From Podarcis pityusensis (lineage: Eukaryota): a stretch of DNA of 64,000 nucleotides. The stretch's first letter is position 1; every line of letters starts with the position of its first letter. The DNA is taken from assembly GCA_964106645.2 (NCBI GenBank), contig OZ067043.1; one strand, 5' to 3'. Under the pieces are notes generated by a model that was not told where the DNA came from, did no database searches, and was given only the letters and a program-made list of their open reading frames with translations. A program made the position numbers and the translations under genes. Positions 14,096-25,993 of the stretch are shown in pieces.

Positions 14096-17000
14096 AAAAA
14101 ACTTTTGCAACTAATGTATACTCCCGTAAAATTACACATTCATTCTTTTTTAATCTACAGAATCTCATTGTTTAATTCTTAAAATAATAATAATCAAGTG
14201 ATCCTCTAATCAGCGGGTAAGCAGTATCTACTCCCACCCCAAAATAACCCCCATCATCCACAGTAACAACCTATCCATGATGAGTCTCCATTCATCAGCA
14301 GCGCATAACATCTTTGGCAGACTAGTCGACAAGCCTTGAAATGCCTGCCGTGGATCTAAAGAGCTGATTCATCCAGTTTCTGAAAAGCTTTTGTTTTCTC
14401 CTCCATAATGCCGTCGTTCAAAATAAAGTCAACCTTGGTCTCATATTTTCCATTAGAGGAAGTCTGTTGCTTCTAACAGTAAACTTCAGCAATGCATTGA
14501 TTGTGCCTCCATTTGTTATAAATGTGACGTTAGTGTTTTGTAATATCTTCAAACTTAAAATATTAAAAATAATTGCAGCATACTTTTTGGTGTAGGGAAC
14601 ATACACACAGCAAGATATGAACGTTATAGGATTAGTAGCATTTGCGCACTAAAAAAAATTGACGGAATCAGCTGTGTCAGAAATAGGCAGCACCAACTCC
14701 CCCCCCCCCCATTAATGCACTTAACACTGTATGTATACATATACAGCAGTTTGCATCTGGATAGTACTCAATACTGAGTCACAGTATTGAGCTTTCTGCG
14801 CATCAGTTAAAGGCCGAACACAGATCATCTTTTCTTTCCATTCTTGCTATGTATTCCTGTGCCATTGTGAAGCAGATGCTTGTCGTGGCTTTCTTTTTTG
14901 TGCCGTGGGTAGGAATTGGAATCCTACTGTGTCTGCTGAGCTTTAGTGCCCTGTTCTCATGTGTCTATCATTGGTGGCTCATTGAAACCATCCTTCTTGT
15001 GGCACTTTGAGGAGGAGTGTATTGTCCCTACCTAACAAAAACAGCTTTGTTTCATAAAGTCACCTTTACATTAAGATCACTATTTCTATTCCTAAATTCC
15101 CAGAAAGAAGCAGTGAATCCAATTCCAAGCTATTCAAAAGCCACAATGTTTCTGTTTCGTTGGGTCGTGTAGGACAAGACAGTAGTTAAAAAAAATAAAT
15201 GCAAATGTTATTTTCAGATTTCAGATCTTTTTTTTTTCATGCTGTTTTAGGGAGACAAGTGTGGATATGCCCTGCTGGTTTGGGTTTTCCTATCTACAGA
15301 GAAAAAAATGTTTCTTTTGCAGTTAACAGAAGGATACTCTGCACAGCACTGCCTAGGCAGAACTCTTTTAACATGTAGTAATTTTACTCCTTTAAAAATA
15401 GCTGTATTTCAATATGTATATTGCTTGCTGCTCATTTCATTACAAAGCTATTTTCAGTTGCTGTGTGCAGAAGTGAAATGAATCAAGAGTCTTTTCTGAT
15501 CCATGAATCAAATTCAGAGCTTAATTTGAAGAAGCATATTTTGAATTTGATTTAATATGAATATTTGTTGATAATTGCATTTTCTTGTTCTGGCTTACTA
15601 TTTACAAGTCCCTTAGAAAAAGGAAAGGTAACATGATCGTGCTTACTTTGTAATATATAATGCTTTATTTAAAGAAGCAAATAAATTTTGGCCACAGTCC
15701 TGTACCCCCAAAATAACAAGAAAAGCCCGTGAGTCGAGATTTATCTATCAGGCATGTTACAGACTTCCTCCAATGCAAGCTTTGGGCCAAACTAAATGTG
15801 ATGTTTTTTGTATCTTTAGTCTCTGTATGGCTATTTTTTTCCTGGCAATAAATAGCTGACATGGGATGTCTGAGCCAGATCAGGGCTATGGCATCAGGGC
15901 GGGAGGAGGAAGAGTTAGTCTTCATCTCACTGTGGTCTTGCTCCAAATCAGGGGTGGGGTGTATACTATCTATTTCATTCCCTAATGGGGACAAAAGTTA
16001 AAAATCCCTGTCCCAGCACACCCAACCCACCTCTGGGACCCCTGTGCCAGCTAGCTAGCTGTTTATTTCTTTATTTAAAAAAACCAGCCACACATGAGCT
16101 TCAGACATGAATAATGTAATGTTTAGTTTGACCCTCTGTCTTTAAGAAGACCTATACCAAATCCCTCTCCTTGCAGTACTGTGTAACTGGGCAGCTTGAC
16201 GAAACTTGCACCCATCTTCTCTTACAAATGTATACACATAAGCACACACAAACACATGCATGCACATAAATTATTTCTGTGGATGTCTGTTCAAAATTCT
16301 TCACAGACACATCTACACAGAGGAAGAAATAGTGAATATTGGAACATGCACTGAGTATTTAGCTTGTAGATTCCAAATTAATGATCAGCATACTTCAAAT
16401 ATAAGTTCATGACTGTCCAGGTTGAGAACAGCTACATGTGAGTGTTCGGTCTTTTCATGTGAAAGCAGACAAGCAAAAAGAAGTGAGTATACTGTTAAAC
16501 CATTCCAGCTCTGACACGTCATCTCTGTGCAGTTTAGAGCCCTCAAAAGGTTACGAAAAACATGGTTTATTAGGGGTTTCACAATATTACAATAGGGCAG
16601 CACAGTCCCTTAGCTCCCCCCCCCCGAATTAATGCTCTCTTTTTTTAGCTACAGTATTTTCACCTCTGATATTCAGTTGTTTAGCATTGTACACAGCGCT
16701 CAGGTTTGCATGTTCAGATAAGGGTTAGGATAAATGAGTGGCAATGCTTTGCTAGTAGTCCTAGATTAACACCCATTAAGTTGAGGACATTTCCATCCCT
16801 GTGTTGTGCATCTCACCGCTTCTAGCCGTGGGGGTTAACGTGGTGAAGATTTCAAAATGTGTTTTCCAAATCTATTGGAAACTTAGCTTTTCATGCAGTG
16901 CATGAAAACTTGAGCAGAGTTTTCTCACGGAGGTCTTGCATCCAGTTTTCCACATATGATGTCCTTTCCAACACTGAAGAATTATTCACTTTGCTGCCAA

Positions 17001-20000
17001 AGTAGAACCATCATTCCTGTCCTTTTGGCAACCCCCACCTGGCAGGTGTGGAGCCAATTGTTGCGTTGGCATCTCCTATCAGCGGGGATTTGTCCAGAAC
17101 TCTGTACTTCCTTTCAGAAGCGTTGGATTACTGGGCAGCTATTTACACCTCCAGCAGTAATCTGTGGATGTGATGCCCCTGTGCTTAAGGCATGTTGGTG
17201 CCCATTAGGCCCAGAAGAAGATTTTCTGTTGAATGAACCTCAGTCTAATGTTGTGGGTTAGCTGGTTGGATACCAAGTAAGGCTTTCCTCCATGGTGTAG
17301 ATGTTAGACATGCTTCTACTTCTTTGTCCTGTTTTTGCCTCAGACTTACAGAGTTTCTATCCAGGTTCAGTGTATTACATGCTAATGTTCCTAGGCCTAG
17401 CCACTTGCTGAGCCTCCTTGAAAAGGAAAAGCTACATGCTTCTTGCAGGAGATCCAGGGTTTCTGCTGCACTCAGAGCATCTGTGCAATCCCCAGTGTTG
17501 TGTAGGGCTCTAAACTGTGCAGAGATGACACACCAGAAAGGGCTTTGCACTGGGCCTCCACTCTTCTAATGGGCTGGTTTAAATGCAAGGAGATTGAACA
17601 CCAGAATGGGGCTAATAATAGTGATGCCAATATTATCTACACATTTGTCATGTAAATTTCCTCTTATTTCTGGTGTCATTCAAAATGTCCAGATGAGCTT
17701 TATTTACTTATTTCAATCTCCCCGCTTTTCTGTAACTACCTGCTTTTAAATATCTCTCTTTTTTCTTTTGAAGTTTTGTTTTAAAAATCTGCTTTCTTCT
17801 CTCTGTACAAAACCCAAATCCTTCTCTGTGGTCTTCTTCTTTTTAAGGTTGACATTCTCTTTGTAATGAGACTGAAGTTTTCTGTATCTACATGAAGTGG
17901 TTTGCAGCAGTCCTTATTGAGCTGCAACAAGTGTCTGAATTACTGGAATATCTGAAACCCTAGTGTCACGTTTGCTACAACCCTGTCAGCGCTGCTTCTG
18001 AAATTGTCATTGTGCGCCCTGTATACTTGCATCAAAGCACTGAATTGCACTGCTCTGTTCCCCTGTGCTTGAGTTAATGCACTTACATCCATCATGTGTT
18101 TCAGGTTCAAGGCCAAGGAGAGGAGAGACCATCCTTGTCTAGCAATACACATCTTCTGCGCTCCTTTTCTGCGAATAGAGCTCTGATACACTGCACTGTC
18201 AATTACTTTTTTTTTGAGCATGATTAGTGAGCATGAAGGGACTGACTGCACAGTTTCTAGTCTGTAGCCCTCGGTTTTTGTTTTGTTTTTTGGCTAACCC
18301 ACACTTGACCTTTGGTGGGTGAACATTTTTTTCCTTTAGACTCAACTCCCTCTTCCGCCCATGCAGCATTTCATTTTTCCTGTCACTTCCATCTAAGGGA
18401 TCCATGAGTGATGAGTAGATCTGGGTCTCTCCTTGTTTGTTTCCCTACAGGGCCATCTTAAGCCATGGTATGCAAAGCATTTGTGTTAAGAAGGATGCAT
18501 GTGAACCAGCATCCCAAGAACCAAAGTTGCTTAAGGAACCTAAATTGCGAGGAAAGGTTCCTTGGTTGCATACTTTGAAGCACTGCCGCCGCCACCCCCC
18601 CCCCCCAAAAAAAAGAGCATGGAGATCTCGGGGAGCCATAGCATTCATTTAGTTTATTTACTTGTGATTTATGTCCTGCCATGTAGCTTAGAATGCACAG
18701 TGATTGTATATAAAAGCAAGAGAATAATGATTTTTCTCCTTATAAATCCTTGGAGCTCAGTACAGATTATGAATAGTCTCTTGTGATGGGGAAATTAGAG
18801 GGGGAAAGTTAAGGAAATGGAATGAAAATTCCAAGATTGGAAGAAAAGTGAACCAGGCAGAGTGCCAAAGCTTGCTCCTTGTAGTAAATTCATGCCCTCC
18901 GTGTTACATTTAGTGTACAACATATAAACAGTATAAACAAACATCAGTATAAAAACCTCAACTATAATAACAGTGTCAGTGAATACAGGGTATAGGGTCC
19001 AGAGTTAATGGTCGGGAAAAGCAAAAACAGTATGTATTCAAGGGGCATGTGAAGTATATAGCACAGGGAAGGCCTTTCAGAAGAGAAGGTGCAATGACAG
19101 AAAATGCCTGTTTATGGGCCACTGCCATAGTTTTCTGTATACCTATATGTTTTTAATAGTAACCTAGGGAAGTAGCCTCAAAACAAAGTAAGGGATATAT
19201 ATATAGGTGTGCCTGTCGCACTTACAATAGTGTTGCCTGTGGAAAGCATCTAAGTGTGAAGCGGGCACATGCATTCCCAGAAAGCCAATATACCTGCCGT
19301 AAGAAGCCACTTGGAGAAATTGCCTTTTGCCATCACACTTTGCAACAAGAGTGGGGAAACAGGAGATGAGGTTGGGTTCCCACCTGCCATCATCTTTGAT
19401 TGTCTCCTAATGGGGACTGATGGAGGCTGTCAGACCCAGATTTACCATTTAGCAGAGGCAGCGGCAGTATAAATGTGGAAACATACCAGTCACTACAGAG
19501 TGTGATCAATCCCAAGACATGTTCGGCAGACCAGCTTCAGGGCAATCTTCCAGATTTACCAGGCTGCAGTTCTCTACCATATTACTTGGTAGTAGGCCCA
19601 GTAGGATTTAGATCTGAGTTGAAATGCATTGGATCACACTCTTGGTCTTTTGGATCTAGTAGCACCAATGCACAACTGCAGTCACCCTTCTTCTTGCTTT
19701 TCCTTTACCACTTCTGGCCTTTTCGGTTCTCTGTTACCATCACTTAACAAGACAGAACACGGCATCTGTCTCAGAGAGTTCACCCACCTGATAAAAACTG
19801 TGGTGACTTTTCAAGTACTTCCATTGTCACAGTGCACAATTCCTGTCATCACTTAAAAATTCAAAACTGCAATTTGGATGATCGAGTAACACCATGCCCT
19901 ACTAGAGACTTGTTCAGGCAAATGTTGACTATGGTAGCTGGCCATTCCAGTGTTCACACATATTGCCATTATTTTTTGGATGTGGCATTCCTTCCTAAAA

Positions 20001-23000
20001 TGATTGAAACAAATATCAACAAAACTTGTTCTGCAATCTCATTGCAACTCCATCTATTCACTGGAACCTGGAATGGTGCTGTAATTGGATTCTTTGGTAA
20101 ATGATTAGAGCTATGTATCATACAGGATACGAAACCCTCGCATCATTTGTCGTCTTCTTGCTTCTTTATGGACTGCATTTAGATATGTATTACTGTTGCG
20201 AGGCTTCTTCTCAATTGATTAAGTGTCTTGGGTTCTAATAGCTCTCTATTTGTTTTGTTTTTTTTTCAAAAATCCCGTCTACTGCCAATGGTTCCTGCTC
20301 CCCCCAAAAAACCTTTTCAACAAGAAAGCTGCTGTAGATGAATTGCTGCTAAAATGAGAATTCTAAATCAAGCTAAAAATGCATTGCTTTTTCCTTGAAT
20401 AAGAGTGTTATTGATTAAATTACAGAGGAATTGAGAGAACCCCACTTGACATTTCTCTCAATTATACTGCACAATATATGTTGATACTTCAAATAACCCA
20501 AGTCAGTCCTTTTAGGATTAATAAGCACATCAGAAGCACCACTTCCTACATCTGTGCATGATATTTTATTTTAAGCCTTGCTTGGACCCAGGAATTCAGT
20601 GGAAAATATTCAAGTGTTCCATTCATTAGCTGCACTGATTGAACTTGCAGTTTTTGTTTACTTTAGCAAACCCATCTGTCCCTGAAAATGCGCAGTTGTA
20701 CAACTGTGCACTCACAGCCGACATCTCACTAATAATTATGTTATCCTTGTCTTTATGCCACTGTTTTACTACTATTCATCCTAAGCAGGTGCAATCTTCC
20801 TCTTATTGGTGGATTATGATGTGACACAATGCAACATGATTGTTTCATGTACCAGTCATGTCTTTGGCAGGAAAATGTTTCGTGGATAATGCCATTGTTA
20901 AAAAGTATATTTATTATAAAATATTGCATACATTAGCTTGCAATTGAGACATGCTACATAAAGAATGGCATGGCCAGGATTTTCTCCAAGGTGTATGCTT
21001 TTCCTCCTTAGAAAAATTAATAACGCACTTTTTATAGCTAGCCGTTATTGGACAAAAGTTAGCTTATACATTCTCATCCCAATGCTGAGTCCTTCATTTA
21101 CTCTGATAAATGTGCAAGCTTTCCAATTCATTTCAATGGAGAAAGCTGCTACATGCATGTAATCCTATGTGCACAAAAATCAGCTCCGTTTGTTGCACTT
21201 CCTTGACCAGGACAGATTGCTGTACTGGGATATGTATCTACAAGTATTTAATATACCCCTGCCTTGGAATTCAGTAAGTTGCATTAGCTAACCAACCCCC
21301 CACTCCATGTTTTTCTTTTATTGGGATGACGGGGCAAAGGTTTGATAGAGATTATGAAGATTTGGTAAGATTCGCTTTGTAAACTAGGCTTCTGATTTGA
21401 GATTATTGTATGCTGAAGAATTTCTGAGTGGGCTAAGTTTCTGGTGCTCACTTTTCTTCTTTTAATTGCTTACTGTGCTTTGCTTCTTCCTTCTAGAGTT
21501 TTGTGCTTATTTCTCTTAAGCAGATGTTTCACGTCAAGATTGAAAAGTCATTGCATTTCTCAAGATTTATATCCAGCAGTACAAAAGCACCCCGCCCCCC
21601 CCCAAAAGATAACACAAATAAGCCACCTCTCCTTATAAGAAAGAAGGGCAGGGCGCAATCGAATGGCGAGAATAGGAAATATAATATCCATATAACAATT
21701 TTTTACTATATTATGAAGCCTCAGGAGACGTTCCGTTGTTAAGACAACCTGGTTTTTCAGCACATCTCTGTTCTAAAACCTGAAACCTCCGTTTTACACA
21801 GGTTCAAGTTGTTTTGTATGACTTCTGAACAAAGTATCTATTTTTAAAGTTTATCAACTGATTAAATTTCAGACAGATTTTTAAAAAATAAATAAGTAAG
21901 ATACGCTCCCTCACTTTATTTAATTATTTAGCTAGCCATGGTGAATTGTGGTGGCTGTTCTCCCTCCCCTCTCCACTCCCCACTCCCCTTCAAAGAGATT
22001 CTTTCTTTTTCTCCTTGCTTTCCCATTGCTTTTGGTGCTTTAGCGAATGTCAAACATTTCAAGAATATTTGCAGGGGTCCCCCTTTTGCTGGTTTGATGA
22101 AAATTCATTTGGTATTTCTAAAGCTATGAGATCTCAGAAGTTTCCATTTCAATCAGTGGAAAGGGGAACGAGTTATAGTGCATGCCATATAATGCTTGCT
22201 AAACCTCATTGTCTAAAAGTGACATACACAGCAAACTAGAAGCCATGCTGTTTCAGGATAGAGAGGTGGTTGGGGGTGGGATGGGGAGAGAGATGGGGCA
22301 ACGGATGGACGGACAAGAAAGCTTCCCATCCAATACTGTCTCCCTTCAACCAGGATGCAACAGAGACTTAGATCTTAAGTATCCCCATTCCATTTGTGGA
22401 AGGAACCGTAGTCCATCAGGTGTTCCCAGCACATCAGAGGTGGAACAGTACTTTTTTGCCCATGTGCCTGCAGCCCCCTGCGCCACACCTCATTCTGCAG
22501 TGCATCAGATTTTCAACAGGCAAAGGTGGTGCAGGTTAAAGGGGAAATCAGTTCGGGATAATCCTGTGAATGGAACTCAACCCTTGGGACTCTCCCATTA
22601 GCAGAAGCTTAGTTGGCAGCTATAAAAATGCTTATTTTCTGCTCTTCCAATCAGCTTTCCTGTTCTGTCAGGGAGATGGGAGAAAGCCTTCCCTTGAAAG
22701 GAAGGGGAAAGCAACTTATTCTCTCCTGTGGTGTGAGCTGGCTGCATAACTCTGAGCACAGAAGGATATATTTCCACTCTCTGCCAGGTTGAGTTTTCTC
22801 ATCCTACATGAAGAGGGGAACCTCTTCTCTGAAGGTGTGGAACCAGCTATTTGACTCAGGAAAGAGAGGAGGAAAAAAGCACCTTCTCGTTTAGCTAGGG
22901 AAATCACATACCATAACCTCCCTGAAGGTTGCTTCCTTTAATTTGGCAACAGTCATTTCAAAAAGAGACAGCCTGCAGATTCTGGAAAAGTGATCTTGCC

Positions 23001-23966
23001 TCCCGCATGGTGAGGTGGAAGAGGATCAGCCTGCTCGTGGAAGTTTATGTGAGCAGGGGAGAAATCAGTAGAGCCGTAGAAATAAGTAATAGAAGGTGTC
23101 ATAGCTCAGTGGTGGAGCAGATCTGAGTGAAAGAGTGAATCTGTGTCTGTGAGGGAAGGTGATTTTGAACCTCACTTCCAACTTCAGTGTTCCTTACCTG
23201 CAAAACGAAAATGTCTTGCAGGATGTCTTCTAAACGCTTGTCTGCTCTGCATGCACTCTGTTCTTCTTTGTGCTTGAGACACAGTTCGATGTTGACCTGC
23301 TGAGGTCTGATATAATGTGTGAATGGGCTTGCATGTGGCAAGGGACCTGCTGCTGCTGCACTTCTTACAACCAAGCGTGAAAGCACAGGAAAGGAGTCCT
23401 AAACTGAGCCTCTGTACAGATGTCCATTGTGCAAAATTTCACACATACACACAAAAATCATCTAATTTAGTTGCTTTCTTTGCCTTCCTTTTTAAAAGGA
23501 ACCTCTAAAAACAAGAAATGGTTGGTTTAGCAGAAGAGTAAAAGCTGACAAATAACTTGGTCTGCAAAAGCATGGAAAACGTAAGAGTTTCGCTTTAATT
23601 TCTGCACCATGTAAGCAAAATGAGAGGTATGGTACAGCCTACAATATCGGACTGTATTGAATTCACACCCCTGTTCAAAGGCTTTGGGTCCAATGGGATG
23701 TGTCCACTAGAGGAGGAGGAGTGTAGTGATTTTTGACAATTTCTCTCTCTAGCAGCAGCCCTGAAAATATGTTTGGGATGATCCCCTAGAACAGGGGGCT
23801 GCAGGGGCAAAATCAATAAAACACACCCCTCCTTGGTTAGCAAATACCATAAGACAAGGAGGACTGATTTGATTCCACCCAGTTGGGATTGCTTATAGGT
23901 TCTGCAGCAAGGCTGAAAGGTGAAGGGTGTGTACAGAGAGATAAGACTAGGGGCAGTCTTGTATAG

Positions 23967-24054
23967 ATAGCTCAATTGGTAGAGCATGAGACCTTTAATT
24001 GGTTCAAGCCCCACATTGGACAAAACTATTTCAACTCTACGATTCCATGTTTCT
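23967..24054 (+). mobile_element. tRNA-Lys-derived SINE remnant with CR1-type tail, internally deleted; not a functional tRNA
   Basis: tagctcaattggtagagcatgagac...ggttcaagccccacattgg resembles tRNA-Lys(CTT) with its A and B boxes but lacks part of the anticodon/variable arm. It is followed by caactctacgattccatg, similar to the CR1 3' end. Confidence 0.65.
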
Positions 24055-24829
24055 GTGATAATGTTCAGACTTTGCTGGTTTTACATTTGGTTCAATATGA
24101 GCAGAACTCGAAACCTTTCAAGAGCAAATATTTTATGAGCACTACCTCCCACATCTGTGTTGCCACCAACTTGCAGAGGAAGAGAGAGACTTAAGCCTTA
24201 ATGTTAAGGTGAACTGTGTGTGCAATTTGTAAGCAATCTATGAGATTGTACATCTTTACTACTTACATGGTGAGAAAGTTAACGCATCAACCTTAACTTG
24301 TGATTTCTATGATTTTTAGAGCACGGGTGACTTGTTGAAGCCTTCACTCTTCTTAAACCAAAGGGTTTTTCTTATTTAAAAAATGTATATATAGTGACAT
24401 ACATAATACATCTATATGTGCATATCATATTAATAGAAAGGTGTTTTTTTTTTAAAAAAAAAAGATAAAGTTGACAGGATTTTGCTTGGGGCTTTGCAAA
24501 GGGAAGGATAGGTATATCATGCATTAGTCAAGTCTTTCATTATTTATTCAGGTTGACTAAGTGAAACTACATACGAGCATTTTCAGTACTGCCTCTTTAA
24601 CCTACTAAAATGATTGATCCATGTTCACTTATGTAACTTTAGAATCTTTCTCCTGCTAGGTTTTCCTGTTGTCTGTTTCTCTCTATCCAATGTAGTGCAC
24701 TTCTTATTCTCCCTGTGTTTAACATCTTGTGAACTAATTTAATCTCCGCCTAATAGTCAATTTGTGTTAATCTTCTTCTTTTTTCCCTTGCACTTTTTTT
24801 TTTCATTTTTCTTCCGATGCTTGAAATAG

Positions 24830-24844
24830 AAGTGGAGCAAAAAG
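24830..24844 (+). CDS. ADGRL2: ADGRL2 alternatively spliced microexon in the lectin-olfactomedin linker: 15 nt (KVEQK), or 12 nt from 24833 (MEQK)
   Basis: Long polypyrimidine tract, then ...atgcttgaaaTAG|AAG|TGGAGCAAAAAG|GTAAAT. Symmetric phase 1-1. The peptide matches the known latrophilin splice site A insert. Confidence 0.92.
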
Positions 24845-25371
24845 GTAAATAACGTATATAGTCCCAAACCCCCACCCCCCAGCTCCTTGTTATGTGCCTT
24901 ATGGATGTTAACCTCCTCCACCCCTTCCCTTCCCCACAACACTCTGGTAACTATGGTGGTCAGCAGGATCTCATAAGCGCCCCTCATAAAGAAGTCGACT
25001 TTGCAGTAAACTGGCTGGGCTGCTGAACTGACTCGGCTACTTAAAGCAGGTGGCGGGATTTAGTGTCTGGTGTGCCTGCTCCGGGACAGACGCTCCCTTT
25101 TGCTTTCTTCCTCCCTTTCTTTCTCTTTCCCTGTTTTTCTCTCACCCTTGACTAAATCTTGTTAATGAACCCTCATCTTGCTTGGCTTCCAGAACCCACT
25201 CCATAGCATGCCATAATTACAGGGGTCCCTGGTCTGTTTCATCCATCGCTTTGGTTGTCCTTTATTTTTTTTGTTGCTCCTAATGAAGATCTGTGTATAT
25301 ATTTTACACACACACACACGGGTTACACACACACAAACAAACTCCAAAACTAAAAGCTGTCTATATAGATA

Positions 25372-25552
25372 CATTTGAACTTCAGTTACCGAACGCCTCC
25401 GTTTTGGAACGTTTCGGCTCCCGAACATTCGACATGGATTCCAGTCTTCAAAAAGCCTAGCTGTCAGCCAATCAGAGGCCTTGGAATTCAAATGTTTCGG
25501 AAGTTGAATGTCCTTCCAGAACGGATTGCGTTCAACTTCCAAGGTTCCACCG
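25372..25552. mobile_element. Tc1/pogo (Tigger-like) MITE, degenerate
   Basis: TA on both flanks. The right end ...ccaaggttccaccg|TA resembles the TIR of the 27666/28860 elements; the left TIR is eroded. Confidence 0.6.
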
Positions 25553-25993
25553 TATCTATAGATATAATATCAAGGCCTGTTGTTTTCAACCTCACAGTTT
25601 ATTAAAGTTTCTACAAGTTTTATGAGTTTAAATCCATTGAAGTGTTGTACACCAGTTGAAAGGTCTGGAGAATAAATCCTGTCTTCATCATAAATGCAAG
25701 CGTAGTTATCTTTCAGATGCATAGATGTGCCATAGATGCGACCTTGGGTGATATTAGCGAAAACACTTCACATACTGGTTACTATGGTAACTTTAAGAAG
25801 CATGGATGACAAAGGGTAATACATGCATTAATTACATATGAGCTACAAAGTATTGTTGCCAGTTAATTGGATCTTTTCTTCTTTATTGTCACTTGTGATT
25901 TTTTTTACCTTGACTTTAATTGGTAGCATGCACATTTTATTTTATTGTTTTTAAAAAATAAATCTTGTCTTGCTTCTTCTCTGCGACTGCTAG

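Noticed and set aside
21440-21560. Additional acceptor-like sites (cttctag|, cttaagcag|) as coding exons
   Set aside because: In-phase stops occur within 8 codons and there is no credible donor. They cannot be distinguished from background.
23967-24020. Functional tRNA-Lys gene
   Set aside because: The anticodon/variable region is deleted, there is no intact acceptor stem, and a CR1-like tail follows. It is a SINE remnant.
25945-25993. N-terminal extension [16 protein letters not shown] of the 293-aa ORF as a stand-alone olfactomedin gene
   Set aside because: It starts at TTG within the polypyrimidine tract. Homology begins exactly at the AG acceptor (25993) and ends at the donor (26794).
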